Notes under the pieces: generated by a model
Seen by the model: the letters and a program-made list of their open reading frames with translations, nothing else
Database searches by the model: none
What the model was told of the DNA's origin: nothing
Program-made: the position numbers and the translations under genes
Part shown: piece after piece, positions 13,345 to 26,973 of the stretch
Position numbering within the stretch: position 1 is the first letter of the stretch
Layout: each line of letters opens with the position of its first letter
Source: Octopus vulgaris
Lineage: Eukaryota
DNA length: 64,000 nucleotides
Assembly (NCBI GenBank): GCA_951406725.2
Contig: OX597838.1
Location: 24,862,001 to 24,926,000, forward strand
Direction of reading: 5' to 3'

Positions 13345-14174
13345 GCAAACTGCCATGCTTCATGGCAGTGAAACTTCAGCTGTGACTGCTGAGGACATGT
13401 GTAGGCTCGGAAGAAATGAAGCTAGCATGATCTGCCGGATGTGCAATGTTAGTGTGCACACACGACAAAGAGTAAGTGCCCTGAGAGAAATGTTGGACAT
13501 AAGAAGCATCAGATGTAGTGTGCAAGAGAGATGTTTGCACTGGTATGGTCATGTACTATGGATGGATGAGGAGACCTGTGTGAAGAAGTGCTGCTCCCAA
13601 ACAGTTGAAGGAATCTGGGGTAGAGGTAGACCCAGGAAGACATGGGATGAGGTGGTGAAGCATGACCTTCGAACATTGGGCTTCACGGAGGTAATGACGA
13701 AAGACTGAGACCTCTGGAGATATGCTGTGACTGTGAAGACCCAGCAAATAAAGTGAGTTCACAACTGTAACCTACACCAGTGTCGCATAACCAGCCCCAG
13801 CCCATTCAAAAGTACCTTTGATCGTAGGATGACATGCTGTGCTAGGGTGACATGCTGTGCTTGAGGAGACCTATTGAGTCAAATACATCTAAATCCAAAT
13901 CAAATGGAAATTGTAGTTGTGATCCCGATGCCAGTGGTATGTAAAGAGCAGCTACCGATCGTGGTCATTGCCAGCCTCCTCTGGCCCCTGTGCCAGTGGT
14001 ACATAAAAATAACACACTACACTATCGGAGTGGCTGATGTTAGGAAGGGCATCGAGCTGTAGAAACACTGCCAGATCAGACGAGCATGGTGCAGCCGCCT
14101 GGCTTCCTAGACCCCGGTCAAACCATCCAACCCATGCTACCATGGAAAATGAATGCTGAACGATGATGGTGATG

Positions 14175-14175
<1 letters not shown>
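13342..14175 (+). mobile_element. RTE/RTE-X-type LINE 3' fragment with 3' UTR and (GAT)n tail
   Basis: MLHGSET..., LHWYGHVL, GRGRPRKTWDEVV; 3' UTR shared with many short repeats in the window. Confidence 0.82.
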
Positions 14176-14215
<40 letters not shown>

Positions 14216-14393
14216 TATGTATAAATATGTATATACATATATATGTATGCATATATATGTACATATATACACGTATATGCACAAATATATATATATATAT
14301 TACTGTAAATTAATGTGACAATTATTCAATAGTCAAGATAATATTACATAATATTGAGGTCTCTTTCTTTCTTTTGTTATCTTACCGTTTTTA

Positions 14394-14434
<41 letters not shown>

Positions 14435-14558
14435 ATTCTAATGGCTGAGGGGACAACTTGCCATCAGGCAAGCTGGCAACCTCACCAGTTTGCCACTGCT
14501 TATGCCAATGCAAGAAATGCTTGGACTTTGAGCCACTTTGTTGCTTCTGCTAAACATT

Positions 14559-15063
<505 letters not shown>

Positions 15064-15081
15064 TATATATATATATATATA

Positions 15082-15253
15082 GATGCAGGAGTGGTTGTGT
15101 GGTAAGTAGTTGCTTACCAACCACATGGCCCCACATGGTCCTGAGTTCAGTCCCACTGTGTGGTACCTTGGGCAAGTGCCTTCTTCTATAGCCTCAGGCC
15201 GACCAAAGCCTTATGAGTAGATTTCATGGACAGAAACTGAAGGAAGTCCATCA

Positions 15254-15297
<44 letters not shown>

Positions 15298-15490
15298 TCC
15301 CTACCCCCACATCACTTGACAACCGATGTTGGTGTGTTTACGTCTCCGTAACTTAGTGACAAAAGAAATGAATAGAATAAGTACTAAGCTTGCAACGAAG
15401 AAGTCCTAGGGTTGATTTGTTCGACTAAAAGGCGGTGCTCCAGCATGGCTGCAGTCAAATGACTGAAACAAATAAAAGCATAAAAGAATA
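15082..15490 (+). mobile_element. SINE family A copy
   Basis: Head, (TG)n and tail all match 441-840. Confidence 0.85.
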
Positions 15491-16869
15491 TATATATATA
15501 TATATATATGATCTTGCAGATTACTGACACAATTAATGATGGTGGAAGTTTACAGGTGAGGATGTCTGTCTGTTTGTCTGTGCCCACGCTGGTGCCAGAG
15601 AATCAGATTAGAATATAAACAACTTAACGTTTACCGGCAGGAAATTAGATTCTTTTATCGCACCATGAAATATTGACAGAGAGTCAGAAGTGGGTGGAAG
15701 GAGTGGCGAATGGAGCGGATGGCTCTACTCACATAATCTTCAAATCTTTCCTCACCTATCTTTTCATCATCATCATCATCATCATCATCGTCATCCACAT
15801 CAATAGCCGCACCCTCCTTCCTCCTCCTCACCATCACACCTTATACTGCCACTGCTACCTGCAACCATTATCACCATGCCTATCATCATCTCATTCACTA
15901 ATACCCCACCCACCTCTTCTGTCACGCCCATCTCCATTATATCTATATCTATATCACACCTACATCTGCTATTGCCACACCTACAAATACCACACCCACT
16001 ATTGCTATATTCATCTTTATGACTACCACCACCATGTCAAACCACACCTATAACTGCCACACCCACTTTTATGACAGGCAATGCTTCTATTACACACCCA
16101 TCATTATCACATCCACCGCTGCCTTGCCCATCATTATGACAAACACCATAACCACACCCACTACCACATATTACTATATTCATTAATATATGCAAAAAAC
16201 ATTGAAACTTGATTTTTATAGGTATATAGATATATATATATATAAAAATACAAAATGGGACAAGAACGCAAAGCATTCAAATAGATGATACAAAAAATAT
16301 GGACGGGTCATTCGAAGCTTCTAATCTTTAGTCAAGAACCAGATCATCCCCACAATTTTGGCTGATTAATCTTGAGATTGCTCTGATCTGGCCAGCCCCA
16401 AGGAAAAACTAAGCTACGAGCATTAGATTTCTTGGAAAAAGGATCGAATGTATATGAAACAAGGACAGAAAAACAGACGATGATCACGAATAAAAATGCA
16501 AAAAACAAAAAATAATATGAATATAAATACAAAAAACAATAATAATAATAACAGGACATAACAACAGGCGTCTTTCGACTTAGACGAATTGAACACAGCT
16601 GGCATATTTGAAAAGTAATGCCTTACGGCAGACGAAGAAAGCGATGTTATCGTGACGCTGGTCCGAAGCGAAAAGGCTATAGTTGGCCAGCGGTCATGTA
16701 AGAAGAGAAGAGAGGGAAAAAGAGGGGCAAAGGAATTAAAGAGAGGGAGAAGAGAGAGAAAAAGAAGAACAAAGGTATTAAGGAGGGGATGGTATTATAT
16801 GGGGATGGTCATCTTTTGCCAGTTAAACACATGCGCTATTTATCTGATCATCACATTAGTTTTATTATT

Positions 16870-17418
16870 ATTGAGTGAGAGAGCAGTGCATACCATCAAA
16901 GTGACACTGGGGTAAAATATACAAAGCCCAGTATACCCATCATGACTACCTGTCGGATACGGGTATACCAGGCACATGCATCACAACCATATGTGCATGA
17001 TATGCTGACCTCATATTAAGATAAACAGCGCAAAACCTTGCAGGTGGGGGTCCATTTAGAATTTTCTTCAGGTTGTGTAGCCCATCCTGCTCAAAAGGTC
17101 CCTGAATGAGGGCTGTGTAAGGATGTTGAACAAAGCACCCATGTTTCCAAAGGTGAATTATTCAAACCCCAAATAATTCCTCTTCACACATGGCTGTGAT
17201 GCTCCCCAAATGCTTCTGTTCATGATCAGAGATGCACATATCGTCAACCACTAAGGGACATGTGCAACTGGTTAAGGTCAAACAACTGACAAGCATCTCT
17301 GTGGTATTGAGCAGAATATCTTTTATACCAAGACACAACAATGTACATGATAACACTTCCTATCAGTTAAGATCAGAAGCCATGAGAGCCACTGCCTGGT
17401 ACTACATCAGGGCATTTG

Positions 17419-17420
<2 letters not shown>
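16870..17420. repeat. Unclassified interspersed repeat embedded in (TTA)n
   Basis: Complex, GC-richer ~550 bp bounded by TTA runs on both sides; no coding motif recognised. Confidence 0.4.
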
Positions 17421-17453
<33 letters not shown>

Positions 17454-18201
17454 TGAAAGGCACTGAGCTGGTCAAAGGCAGTGAACTGGCAGAATTGTTA
17501 GCACGCCAGGCTAAATGCTTAGTGGTATTTCGCCCATCGCTACATTCTGATTTCAAATTCTGCCAAGGTCAACTTCGCCATTCATCATTTTGGGGTTGAT
17601 AAATTAAGTACCAGTTGGACACTGGGGGCAATGTAATCGACTAGTCACCTCCCACTAAATTTCAAGGTTCATGCCTTTACTAGAAAGGGTTATCATTAGT
17701 GTTATGGCAGAATCGTTAGCACACTGGGCAAAATGCTTAGCAACATTTCGTCTGCTGCTACAATCTGAGTTCAAATTCTGCTGTGGTCGACTTTGCCTTT
17801 CATCCTTTCGGAGTTGATAAAATAAGTACCAGTTGAGTACCGAGGTCAATGTCATTGACTATCCCCCTCCTCCAAGTTTCAGGCCTTGTGCCTTTAGTAG
17901 AAAGGATTATTATTATTATTATTAAATTCCGCTGATGTGAACTTCATTAAATTACAGCTGTTTCTGCTACAAGATACTGTGCCCCCAGAGCTGAGTGCTT
18001 GTGCATCACCTGATACCTTCCTCAGAGCTTCTAAAAGGAGGTGCAAGTTTATTTGGGAAAGCCTTTATATATATATCTAGAAAAGATCACCATTGAAAGA
18101 TATAAAAATACATAAGTAATTTAGTACACTGAATTTTAACACCAGGTTATTAGTATGCTATGCCTAAGCAGAACATTAATATATATATATATATATATAT
18201 A

Positions 18202-18414
18202 TATTGGGTTGGTGCATGATTCTTGCGGCTTTTTTTCAGAAAATTTTATTCAACACAAACAATAACAATGTGTAACAAAAACATCTTTAAATGATTATTC
18301 CGGAGCATATTCACCATCTACTTCAATTACTGCTTCCCATTTGCTTGGCAGGCGGTCAGACCGTCATTTAAAGATGTTTTTGTTGAATATTGTTATTGTT
18401 TTTGTTGAATAAAA
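18202..18414 (-). mobile_element. Mariner transposon 3'-end remnant
   Basis: TA followed by TTGGGTTGGTGCA terminal repeat; minus 18357-18295 reads DRLPSKWEAVIEVDGEYAPE*, like a mariner transposase C-terminus. Confidence 0.75.
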
Positions 18415-19351
18415 GGGTTAGTATTTAGCGAGTATGGTGTTCTTTTTAAATATTTACCAAATTCTTATCCAGTCACAGTTATGTTGAGAGCCTGAGGTGG
18501 AGATTTTAAATCTGAAAAAAGTAGTTTTAAAAAAACAATTTCGGAAAATGTTCGAGATTAAAAATTTTGTCGGGGTGAGGGAGAGGGGAAGGCGAAACTT
18601 ATAAAGGTGTTTTTTTATTTTTTTGCATATTCGTAATCTCCGACACCTAAAACGAAGGAATCCGAAAACTTTTCTTATTCAAAAAAGTGCATTTTTCAAG
18701 AAGTGCGATTTTGCAATTAGCCCCATAAATGATAAATAAACAATAACAAGGTTACAGTTCGCAAGGAAGGTTAAAAAATAAAAAGAAGCTGTTTTAAGAT
18801 TGAAAATAATTTAGAAAAATAATTTTAAAATAATTATTGCTTACCTCTTTTGATTAATTATAATTTCATATAACAAGATTATGACAAAATACAATTTTCG
18901 AGACACGAAAACATTCGTAAAGATTTCCCTAAAGCCTTAAATTACATACAAACTATGTAAATATAGTTGTACATTCAGCCTTAAATTATATTTTTGAGTA
19001 TCTGTAGCACATATATACAATCATTATGCGCACCGCGCACAACCGTTTAAAAAAAGTTTGTTGCTTTGAAGAATTGGCAAAAATTGAAAATATTTTGAAT
19101 TCACGGGTTTTATGTTCCAAGGGAAATAACTCCTTTAAAATTCAAGGGCAGCAACTGTGCACACCTAATAAATTAAAAATACCAAAATACAGCACTGCAC
19201 CTTTTATCCGGCTTTCAGAAATCCGGTGATACTGTATAATACCATGCACTTTACTGTAACCTTCTTCCCTGTATTGTGTGAATAAACCCTGTCTTTGAAG
19301 TTGGTTAATTTGCATACGGTGTGTTAAAATTACATTTGTCCTTTGCCATTT

Positions 19352-20030
19352 TCATCATCATCATCATCATTGTTTAACGTCCGTTTTCCATGCTAGCATG
19401 GGTTGGATGGTGCGACCAGGGTCTGGGAAGCCAGGAGGCTGCACCAGGCTCCTGCCTTATCTGGCAGTGTTTCTACAGCTGGATGCCCTTTCTAACGCCA
19501 ACCAATCCGTGAGTGTAGTGGGTGCTCTTTACGTGCCACCGGCACGGAAGCCAGTCAAGGCAGCGCTGGCATTGGCCACGTTCAGATGGTGCTTTTTACG
19601 TGCCACCAGCACGGGTATCAAAACTGTAATTTCCATTTGATTTTCATTTTGATGTTGATGTACTTGACTCAATAGGTCTCCTCAAGCACAGCAGTTCGCC
19701 CTACGATCCAAGGTATTTTGGATGGGCTGTTTAGTGAAACTGGTGCAGGAAACAGCCATGAACTCACTTTATTTATCGGGTCTTCGCATTCACAGCATAT
19801 CTCCAGAGATCTCGGTCTTTCATCATATCCTCTGTGAGGCCCAACGTTTGAAGGTCATGCTTGACCACCTCATCCCATGTCTTCTTGGGCCTACCTCTAC
19901 CCCGGATTCTTTCAACTGTTTGGGAGTGGCACTTCTTCACACATCTTTCCTCATCCATCCATAGTACATGACATACCAGTGCAAACATCTCTCTTGCATG
20001 CCACATACGATGCTTCTTATGTCCAGCATT
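19352..20030 (-). mobile_element. Second copy of the RTE/RTE-X LINE 3' end
   Basis: ORF 19773..20006 with RGRGRPKKTWDEVVKHDL; UTR ends in (GAT)n on minus. Confidence 0.8.
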
Positions 20031-21279
20031 TTTATGTGGATTAATAAAGACTAAATATTCTGCTTTAAAATTGTATCAATTTGTACCAATGTCTGTTAAA
20101 TAAAAACATCTGTTTTTGTACTTTTCAATTTCCTTCGTTTTATTTTCGTCCTATAAACTTTATACTGCATACATGTGATACTAAGACTTATTTTAAGAAT
20201 TTGAAGTGGATTAATAACTAACAAACAAACCCTGCTTTAGAAATCTATTTTATATTTCATATTTTAAGTATTTATTTAACAATAGATTTAAACTGTTCCC
20301 CCACAAATCAGAAAATTTGGAAATTCTGGACACTTCCGATCCCAAGTTCACTGCATAATTGACCTGGAACTGTATGGGAAGTGCGATAGTTTAATGATTT
20401 TAAATTGGTAATAACATGGCTTCTTTCTCTCCTGTCCTCATAATCAAGCTGGTTACATGCGAGGACTTTAGGTGTTCTTTGTCACTCATTCTGACGACAT
20501 GTGTGTGTGTGTGTGTAGGAAGGGCATCCAGCCATAGAAACCAAGCCAAAACAGGCTATAGAACCTGGTGTGACCCTGGTCTTGCCAGTTTTTGTCAAGC
20601 CATCCAACCCATTCCAGCATGGAAAAGAAATGCTAAATGTTGTTGAAGATGATGATGATGACGATAGAATTTTTGATAAAATTTTTTATTAACAGTTTGG
20701 AAAAAAAAAGACAGAAAAGTGTAAGAATTATTTTGAAGAATTTTATTTATTATAAAAACCAACATACAAAAATTGCAAATAAGTATAATAATTTACAAGA
20801 TTATCAATGATTTTAGAGACATTTTTTTTTCTTTTTCGTCTTTTTTGGCTGTTTTTACAATTCATTTTTTCAAGTCCAATCATTATTGTTTTTTTGTTTT
20901 GTTTATATTTAATTTTTTTTTTTAATATTTTTAACTTTCCTTGCATCAGTTTTACAGTTTAGTGAGCTTTATTTGTTTTGATTAGCATTCATTTTGAATA
21001 ACTCATGCTCTCTTTCTCTCTCTCACTTACTCACATACATAGGTATGCTTTCACTCTCTCTCTGTCTCTGTCTCTCTCTCTCTCTCTCTCTTCACAGCTC
21101 TAAACAGAGACACACACAAGACTCTAACTTAATGGTGACCTTACAGCTACAGGTTGAATGTCACCTCCTCCTTTCATTATTTGTGTGCAGTTTGTTGATT
21201 GTATGGTTACATTCAACCTCACCAATGTTAGGGTCCAAACCACCAGCAGGTAACCCAGAACTTGGGGTTTCAGTTTAAA

Positions 21280-21310
21280 ATAGATAAATAGATAGATAGA
21301 TGGATAGATG

Positions 21311-21371
<61 letters not shown>

Positions 21372-21511
21372 ATAGATAGATTAGATAGATAGATAGCTAG
21401 ATAGCTAGATAGATAGATAGATGGATAGATTAGATAGATGGATAGATAGATGGTAGATGGATAGATAGATGGATAGATAGATAGATAGATAGGTAGATGG
21501 ATAGATAGATG

Positions 21512-21586
<75 letters not shown>

Positions 21587-21701
21587 GGATGGATGGATGG
21601 ATGGATAGATAGATAGACAGATAATTAGACAAAGAAAGAGACAGATGAAGATATAGAAATAGAGAGAAATAGAGAGGTTGATAGATACATATATACATAG
21701 G

Positions 21702-21741
<40 letters not shown>

Positions 21742-21820
21742 CAGACAAGAGAGGTAGACAAAGACAGTGGGGGGAAAGATAGATTGATAAACTCATAGAT
21801 AGATAGATTGATTGATAGAT
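21280..21820. repeat. (GATA)n microsatellite
   Basis: Seen directly; a degenerate GA/GACA tract follows at 22080-22400. Confidence 0.95.
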
Positions 21821-22690
21821 AAGCATTGTTTGTTCCTTCTCGAGCCGTGCCTGGCTCATAAGGGCCGGTTTCCCGGTTTCCTTTACAAAGAGAGAGAGAA
21901 AGTTGTGGCGAAAGAGTCAGCAAAAGTTTCACCATTACCTTCTGCTGGAGCCACGTGGAGCTTAGGTGTTTTGCTCATAAACATACACATCGCCCAGTCT
22001 GAGATTCAAACCTACAATCCCTCGACTGCGAGTCCGCTGCTCTAACCACTAGGCCATGTGCCTCCACGATAGCTAAACATACAGACAGATAAATAGAAAG
22101 ATAGATAGAAAGATGTGGGGGAAGAAAGACAGATTGATAGGCACACGGATAGAGAGAGAGAGGGAGAGAGAGAGGGAGAGGGAGAGAGGGAGAGAGAGAG
22201 AGGGAGAAAGAGACTGACAGCGAGTTAGATTGATAAATAGATAGACAGACAGAGAGATAGAGAGAGATTGAGATGCAATTTAATTGATAGATAAACATAG
22301 GAGCAGATAGATAGACAGACAGACAGACAGATAGACGAAGAGAAAGAGAGAGAGAAAGACATACAGATAGAAAAAGGCAGACAGATAGACAAACAGGTAA
22401 GGAGACAATTAGGGTAGGGTACACCTGTATGGACTGGTTTTGGAAAAGAGTGTTTGGGCAGGAACAAACTGCTTATGACATTGGTGTTGTGCGCAGAACC
22501 AATTTTATGTCAACTGTGATCTCTGCTTCTATGAAATGCTGTGGCTGGAAGAGAGCTTAAATTTCACCTATCAAGGAATCTCCTCAAAGAATCATCAAAT
22601 TGTTCAAATAATCACATATTTTCAACACTCAATTGTGTGCATCTGAGATAATGGTCTCAACAAATTTCAGTTCAGATAACAATAATAATA

Positions 22691-22737
<47 letters not shown>

Positions 22738-23024
22738 TGATGATGGTGATAATAATAATAACGATAATAATAATGATTTCAAATTTTGGCACAAGGCCAG
22801 CAATTTCAGAGGATGGGATAAGTCAATTTACATTGACCCCCAGTACTCAGCTGGTACTTGTTTTATCAACCGTGAAAGGATGAAAGGCAAAGTCGACCTC
22901 GGCGGGATTTGAACTCAGAACGTGAAGACAGACTAAATGCCGCTAAGCATTTCTGCCCGGTGTGCTAACAATTCTGCCAGCTCGCCGCCTTAAAAAGTAA
23001 TTTATTTCCCAAGCAGGGATGATG

Positions 23025-23065
<41 letters not shown>

Positions 23066-24407
23066 AATAATAAAAAGCTATCAAAAAAAGAGTAACGTTT
23101 TCAGGAATTATGAGTTTAATATCCAAAAGGGAGAAAAAAGTAAACATTATAGTTATAACAAAAAAATTAATAATATTAACATTAACAATAAAATCATGAC
23201 AAAATATCATGGCTTTTTTTGTTTTGTTCCAACATTTTTTTTTGTTGAGGCATTTTTTAAAAATCTTAGTGGGTTGAGGTGCATTTTAATGGATGGCTTA
23301 ACATGTTAAAGCAGCAGTTTTTGAAATAGTTGGTTTTTTTTCTATTTTCTTTTTTTTTTTTTTTGAAAAAGTTTAATAATGTTCAGTTGAAAGAAAGAAG
23401 AGAAAAAAAGAAAGGAGGGAAAGAAAGAAGGAAGGTAATCAAGGTAACACCACTGCCTTCTAGAATTTTCAGTTTTGCAGGCAATGAAATAGTTTGTATA
23501 GGACTTCCAATATACAAGTGTCGTTAGAAGGTTAACGAAGAAATTAGAGATTTTTTAAGATGGCACGTTCATTGAAACAATTTTTTGTTATTTAAAAATA
23601 AATTAAAGAATAATAATCGTCATCTTTTTTTTTTCATTTTTTTTTGTCGCAAATTTTTCTTTGTTTTAACAATATTTTTCAAAAATATAAAAAAAAATAT
23701 AAATAAAATAAAAAATATATATAATTGATATTAAGGAGAAAAAAAATGCTTTTTTTTTTCAAATATATTTAAATCGAATATTTTTTTGTCCTTTGGAACT
23801 AAAAAGAAAATTGGTCCTTTTAGAATTTTTTGTAATTTCAAAAAATATTTTATTGATAATATAACAAAAAAATAATTAAGGATTTCTTCTGGAGAAAAAA
23901 AAAAATATAAATTATCTTTGATAATAAATTTTATTTAAAAAAATGCAAAAAAAAAAAAAAAAAAACTTATTGATAATTATAAAACGCAAGAAACGCTGTC
24001 AACGACATTCCGAGAAATTATATTTTTAGTTATCAAAGATTTCATTAATTGGAATAAGAGGAAAAAAGACAAGAGAAAGATTGGCTTCGAATCTCTAGAA
24101 TATGACAAATTTGATTATCATCACTGTCAATATCATCATCATCATAATTAGTATTCTAATTAAGGCTGTGAGCTGGTAGAATTGATAACAGACTGGACAT
24201 GTTCAGCAAGCATTACATCTGGCTCTACATTCCGAGTTCAAATACCACCAAGGTCAACTGTATCTTTCATCCCTTTGGGGTGGATAAAATAAGTTGCAAT
24301 AGTCATATGCACAGAAAAAAAGAAGAGACTTTAACGATCATAATTGTTATAAATTAGTATTAGCTAAATTTTGTTTAAGGTTAATAATTATACTCAACAA
24401 GTATATA

Positions 24408-25092
24408 GCTGCAAGAGTGGCTGTGTGGTAAGTAGCTTGCTTATTAACCACATGCTTCTGGGTTCAGTCCCACTGCATGGCACTTTGGGCAACTGTCTTC
24501 TACTATAGCCTCGGGCTGACCAAAGCCTTGTGAGTGGATTTGGTAGATGGAAACTGAAAGAAGCCCGTCGTATATATGTGTGTGTGTGTTTGTGTGTCTG
24601 TGGTTGTCCCCCCAACATCGCTTGAGAACCGATGCTGGGGTGTTTATGTCCCCGTAATTTAGCGGTTCAGCAAAAGAGACTGATAGAATAAGTACTAGGC
24701 TTACAAAGAATGAGTTCTATTGGTCTCTTGCTGAACCGCCTTTAGTTGAGCAAATCGACCCAGGACTTATTCTTTGTAAGCCTAGTACTTATTCTATTGG
24801 TCTCTTTTGCTGAACTGCTAAGTTACGGTGACGTAAACACACCAGCATCAGTTGTCAAGTGACGTTGTGGGACAAACACAGACACACAAACATATACATG
24901 CACATACATATATATATATACATATATGCGACAGGCTTCTTTCAGTTTCCGTCTACCAAATCCACTCACAAGGCTTTGGTTGGCCTGAGGCTATAGTAGA
25001 AGACACTTGCCCAAAGTGCCATGCAATGGGACTGAACCCAGAAGCATGTGGTTGGTAAGCAAACTACTTACCACACAGCCACTGCTACGCCT
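24408..25092. mobile_element. Two family A SINEs in tail-to-tail inverted orientation
   Basis: Plus copy about 24408-24740 abuts minus copy about 24741-25092. Confidence 0.85.
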
Positions 25093-25825
25093 ATACATAG
25101 ATCTAAAGCAAATTTTTTTAGGGGCCCTTAAAATACTATTGCAGATCCTCTATGTATTATTTTGCTGCATGGATCCCACCAAAAATCTTCTATGGACCCT
25201 AGTTGAGAACCATTGATTCAAATGAAACAAAAGCATTGTGTTTGAATAGAAATATGGTAACAAAAGTTTGACATTAGATGGCTGAGGAAATTAGAAGAAA
25301 AGGGGCAAAGTTTAACTTAACTGGGATTTGAACTCGGAATGTAGAATGATGAAACTAAATGCCACAAGCCATTTATTTAGTCCGTAGTCCAATGGTATAC
25401 AATTTCTACCAACTCAGCGTCATTATGGCAAATATGGCTTGAGTGAAGGGGTTTACTCTATGTGTGCACCTTGCAGGCCTGGAGGATGCAGTTGAGAGGG
25501 GGGCAGCTGCTCTTGGTTATAAGGGTAATTTAATCATGGAAAAACAACCACATAAATGATGAGAAAATAAAACATTCCCCCATAGGGGACAGTCACCTGT
25601 GTAATACTGGAAACCTTAACAGATCTCTGGGAACTGTTAAGGGTTTCCAGTTTCTCACCACCTCAACCCCAGCAGGTGACCACCCTCTACGCGGAATGTT
25701 TTACTTTCTTATCTTTTCCATACTTAATTTTTCATTTCTCATAAGCTGATTCTCAGTAAAGTCCAACATTTAAAAAAATCTTCTTCGAACGTTCTCCCAC
25801 CTCATCCATACAACAAATAAAAGAA

Positions 25826-25862
<37 letters not shown>

Positions 25863-25864
<2 letters not shown>

Positions 25865-26180
25865 GAAAAAGAAAGTAAGGGTAGAGAGAGAAGTGCTGCC
25901 TCCTAGCAATTTTGCTGAAAGTGGGGTTAATGTGACAAGAATGGTAACAAGTGATCATAGGCCTACTTTGAACATGCACTTGTTGATGTGGGGGAGAGCA
26001 CTTGCCCTAGTGGTCAGGGACTCCCGGATATTGTGGGGATCTCCATGGACAGCCCTGGGTAGCCTCCCTCTTTTGGGGAATTATGCTTTGTTAAAATTTA
26101 TATTTTTCTAATTTTTTACTTTTTACAAACCCCTTTATGTAACCCCACATTGTATTGTCCTGTACTGTCCCCAACATTTT
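25863..26180 (+). mobile_element. Possible L1/Tx1-like LINE 3' remnant
   Basis: Decayed frame LKKKVRVEREVL..F..V.VTR resembles Tx1-type ORF2 ends; follows a (TTA)n tract. Recognition from memory only. Confidence 0.35.
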
Positions 26181-26877
26181 TTGAGAACCATTAGTGGTTA
26201 ACAAACATTGTTATCATTATTATTATCATCATTATTATTATTATTATTATTAGTGAGCATGGCTTAGTGGTTAGTCTCTCGTATACGTGTGGGCCTAACC
26301 ACTAATCACATGATCATGAGTGCACCCAGTAAGTTGCACTCACAATAATGAGATTGCCGGTTCAATTCCTAGACTGGGAGATACAGTGTGTTGCTGAGAA
26401 AATCACTTCATCTTGTGTTGCTCTGTGAGCACTCCAACATCTGACATGTGGCACACTTGTACACCTGCGCAGGTAACATCAATTTGATGCAGAGAGTGAG
26501 CTAACGGACAGCACAAACATCTGATCACTATAAACAAATTATCTGTGCAGGTTGTTTAGTAACAAACAACAGAATCATCTTTCTCAAACACGAGAGACTC
26601 CCATTAGTTAATAGTCGTTATTGTTGTTTTGACTATTTTCTTGTTTTCCAGTTTGATTTCCTTTAGACTAGCGGAAAACTCATTATTTGGGACCAAAACA
26701 TGAATTGCAGGAGGAAAATAAGATAAAAGAGAAGTAGGGATTATTTTTGTTACAAGATTGATTTGCATACACGTCTTAGATGCAGTAACAATGGAAAATA
26801 GTAGTCGTAGTTTACTACTAGTATATATGTGTGTGTATTCAGGCTTCAGATTGTGTGTGTATTCAGGATCCACAATA

Positions 26878-26973
26878 GCCAATCTGAAAGAAGCGACCCA
26901 GGATAGAACTGGCTAGAGAACACTGATCCATCGAGTAACCAAGAGTCGACTTCGACTGAGCAGATAGATAGAT
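26878..26973 (+). mobile_element. Short 3' fragment of the same RTE LINE
   Basis: Near copy of 2405-2500 ending GAGTCGACTTCGACTGAGCAGATAGAT; flanked by direct repeat ATTCAGGCTTCA. Confidence 0.85.

Noticed and set aside
21275-22467. IYLS-repeat ORFs
   Set aside because: Translation of (GATA)n and (GA)n tracts.
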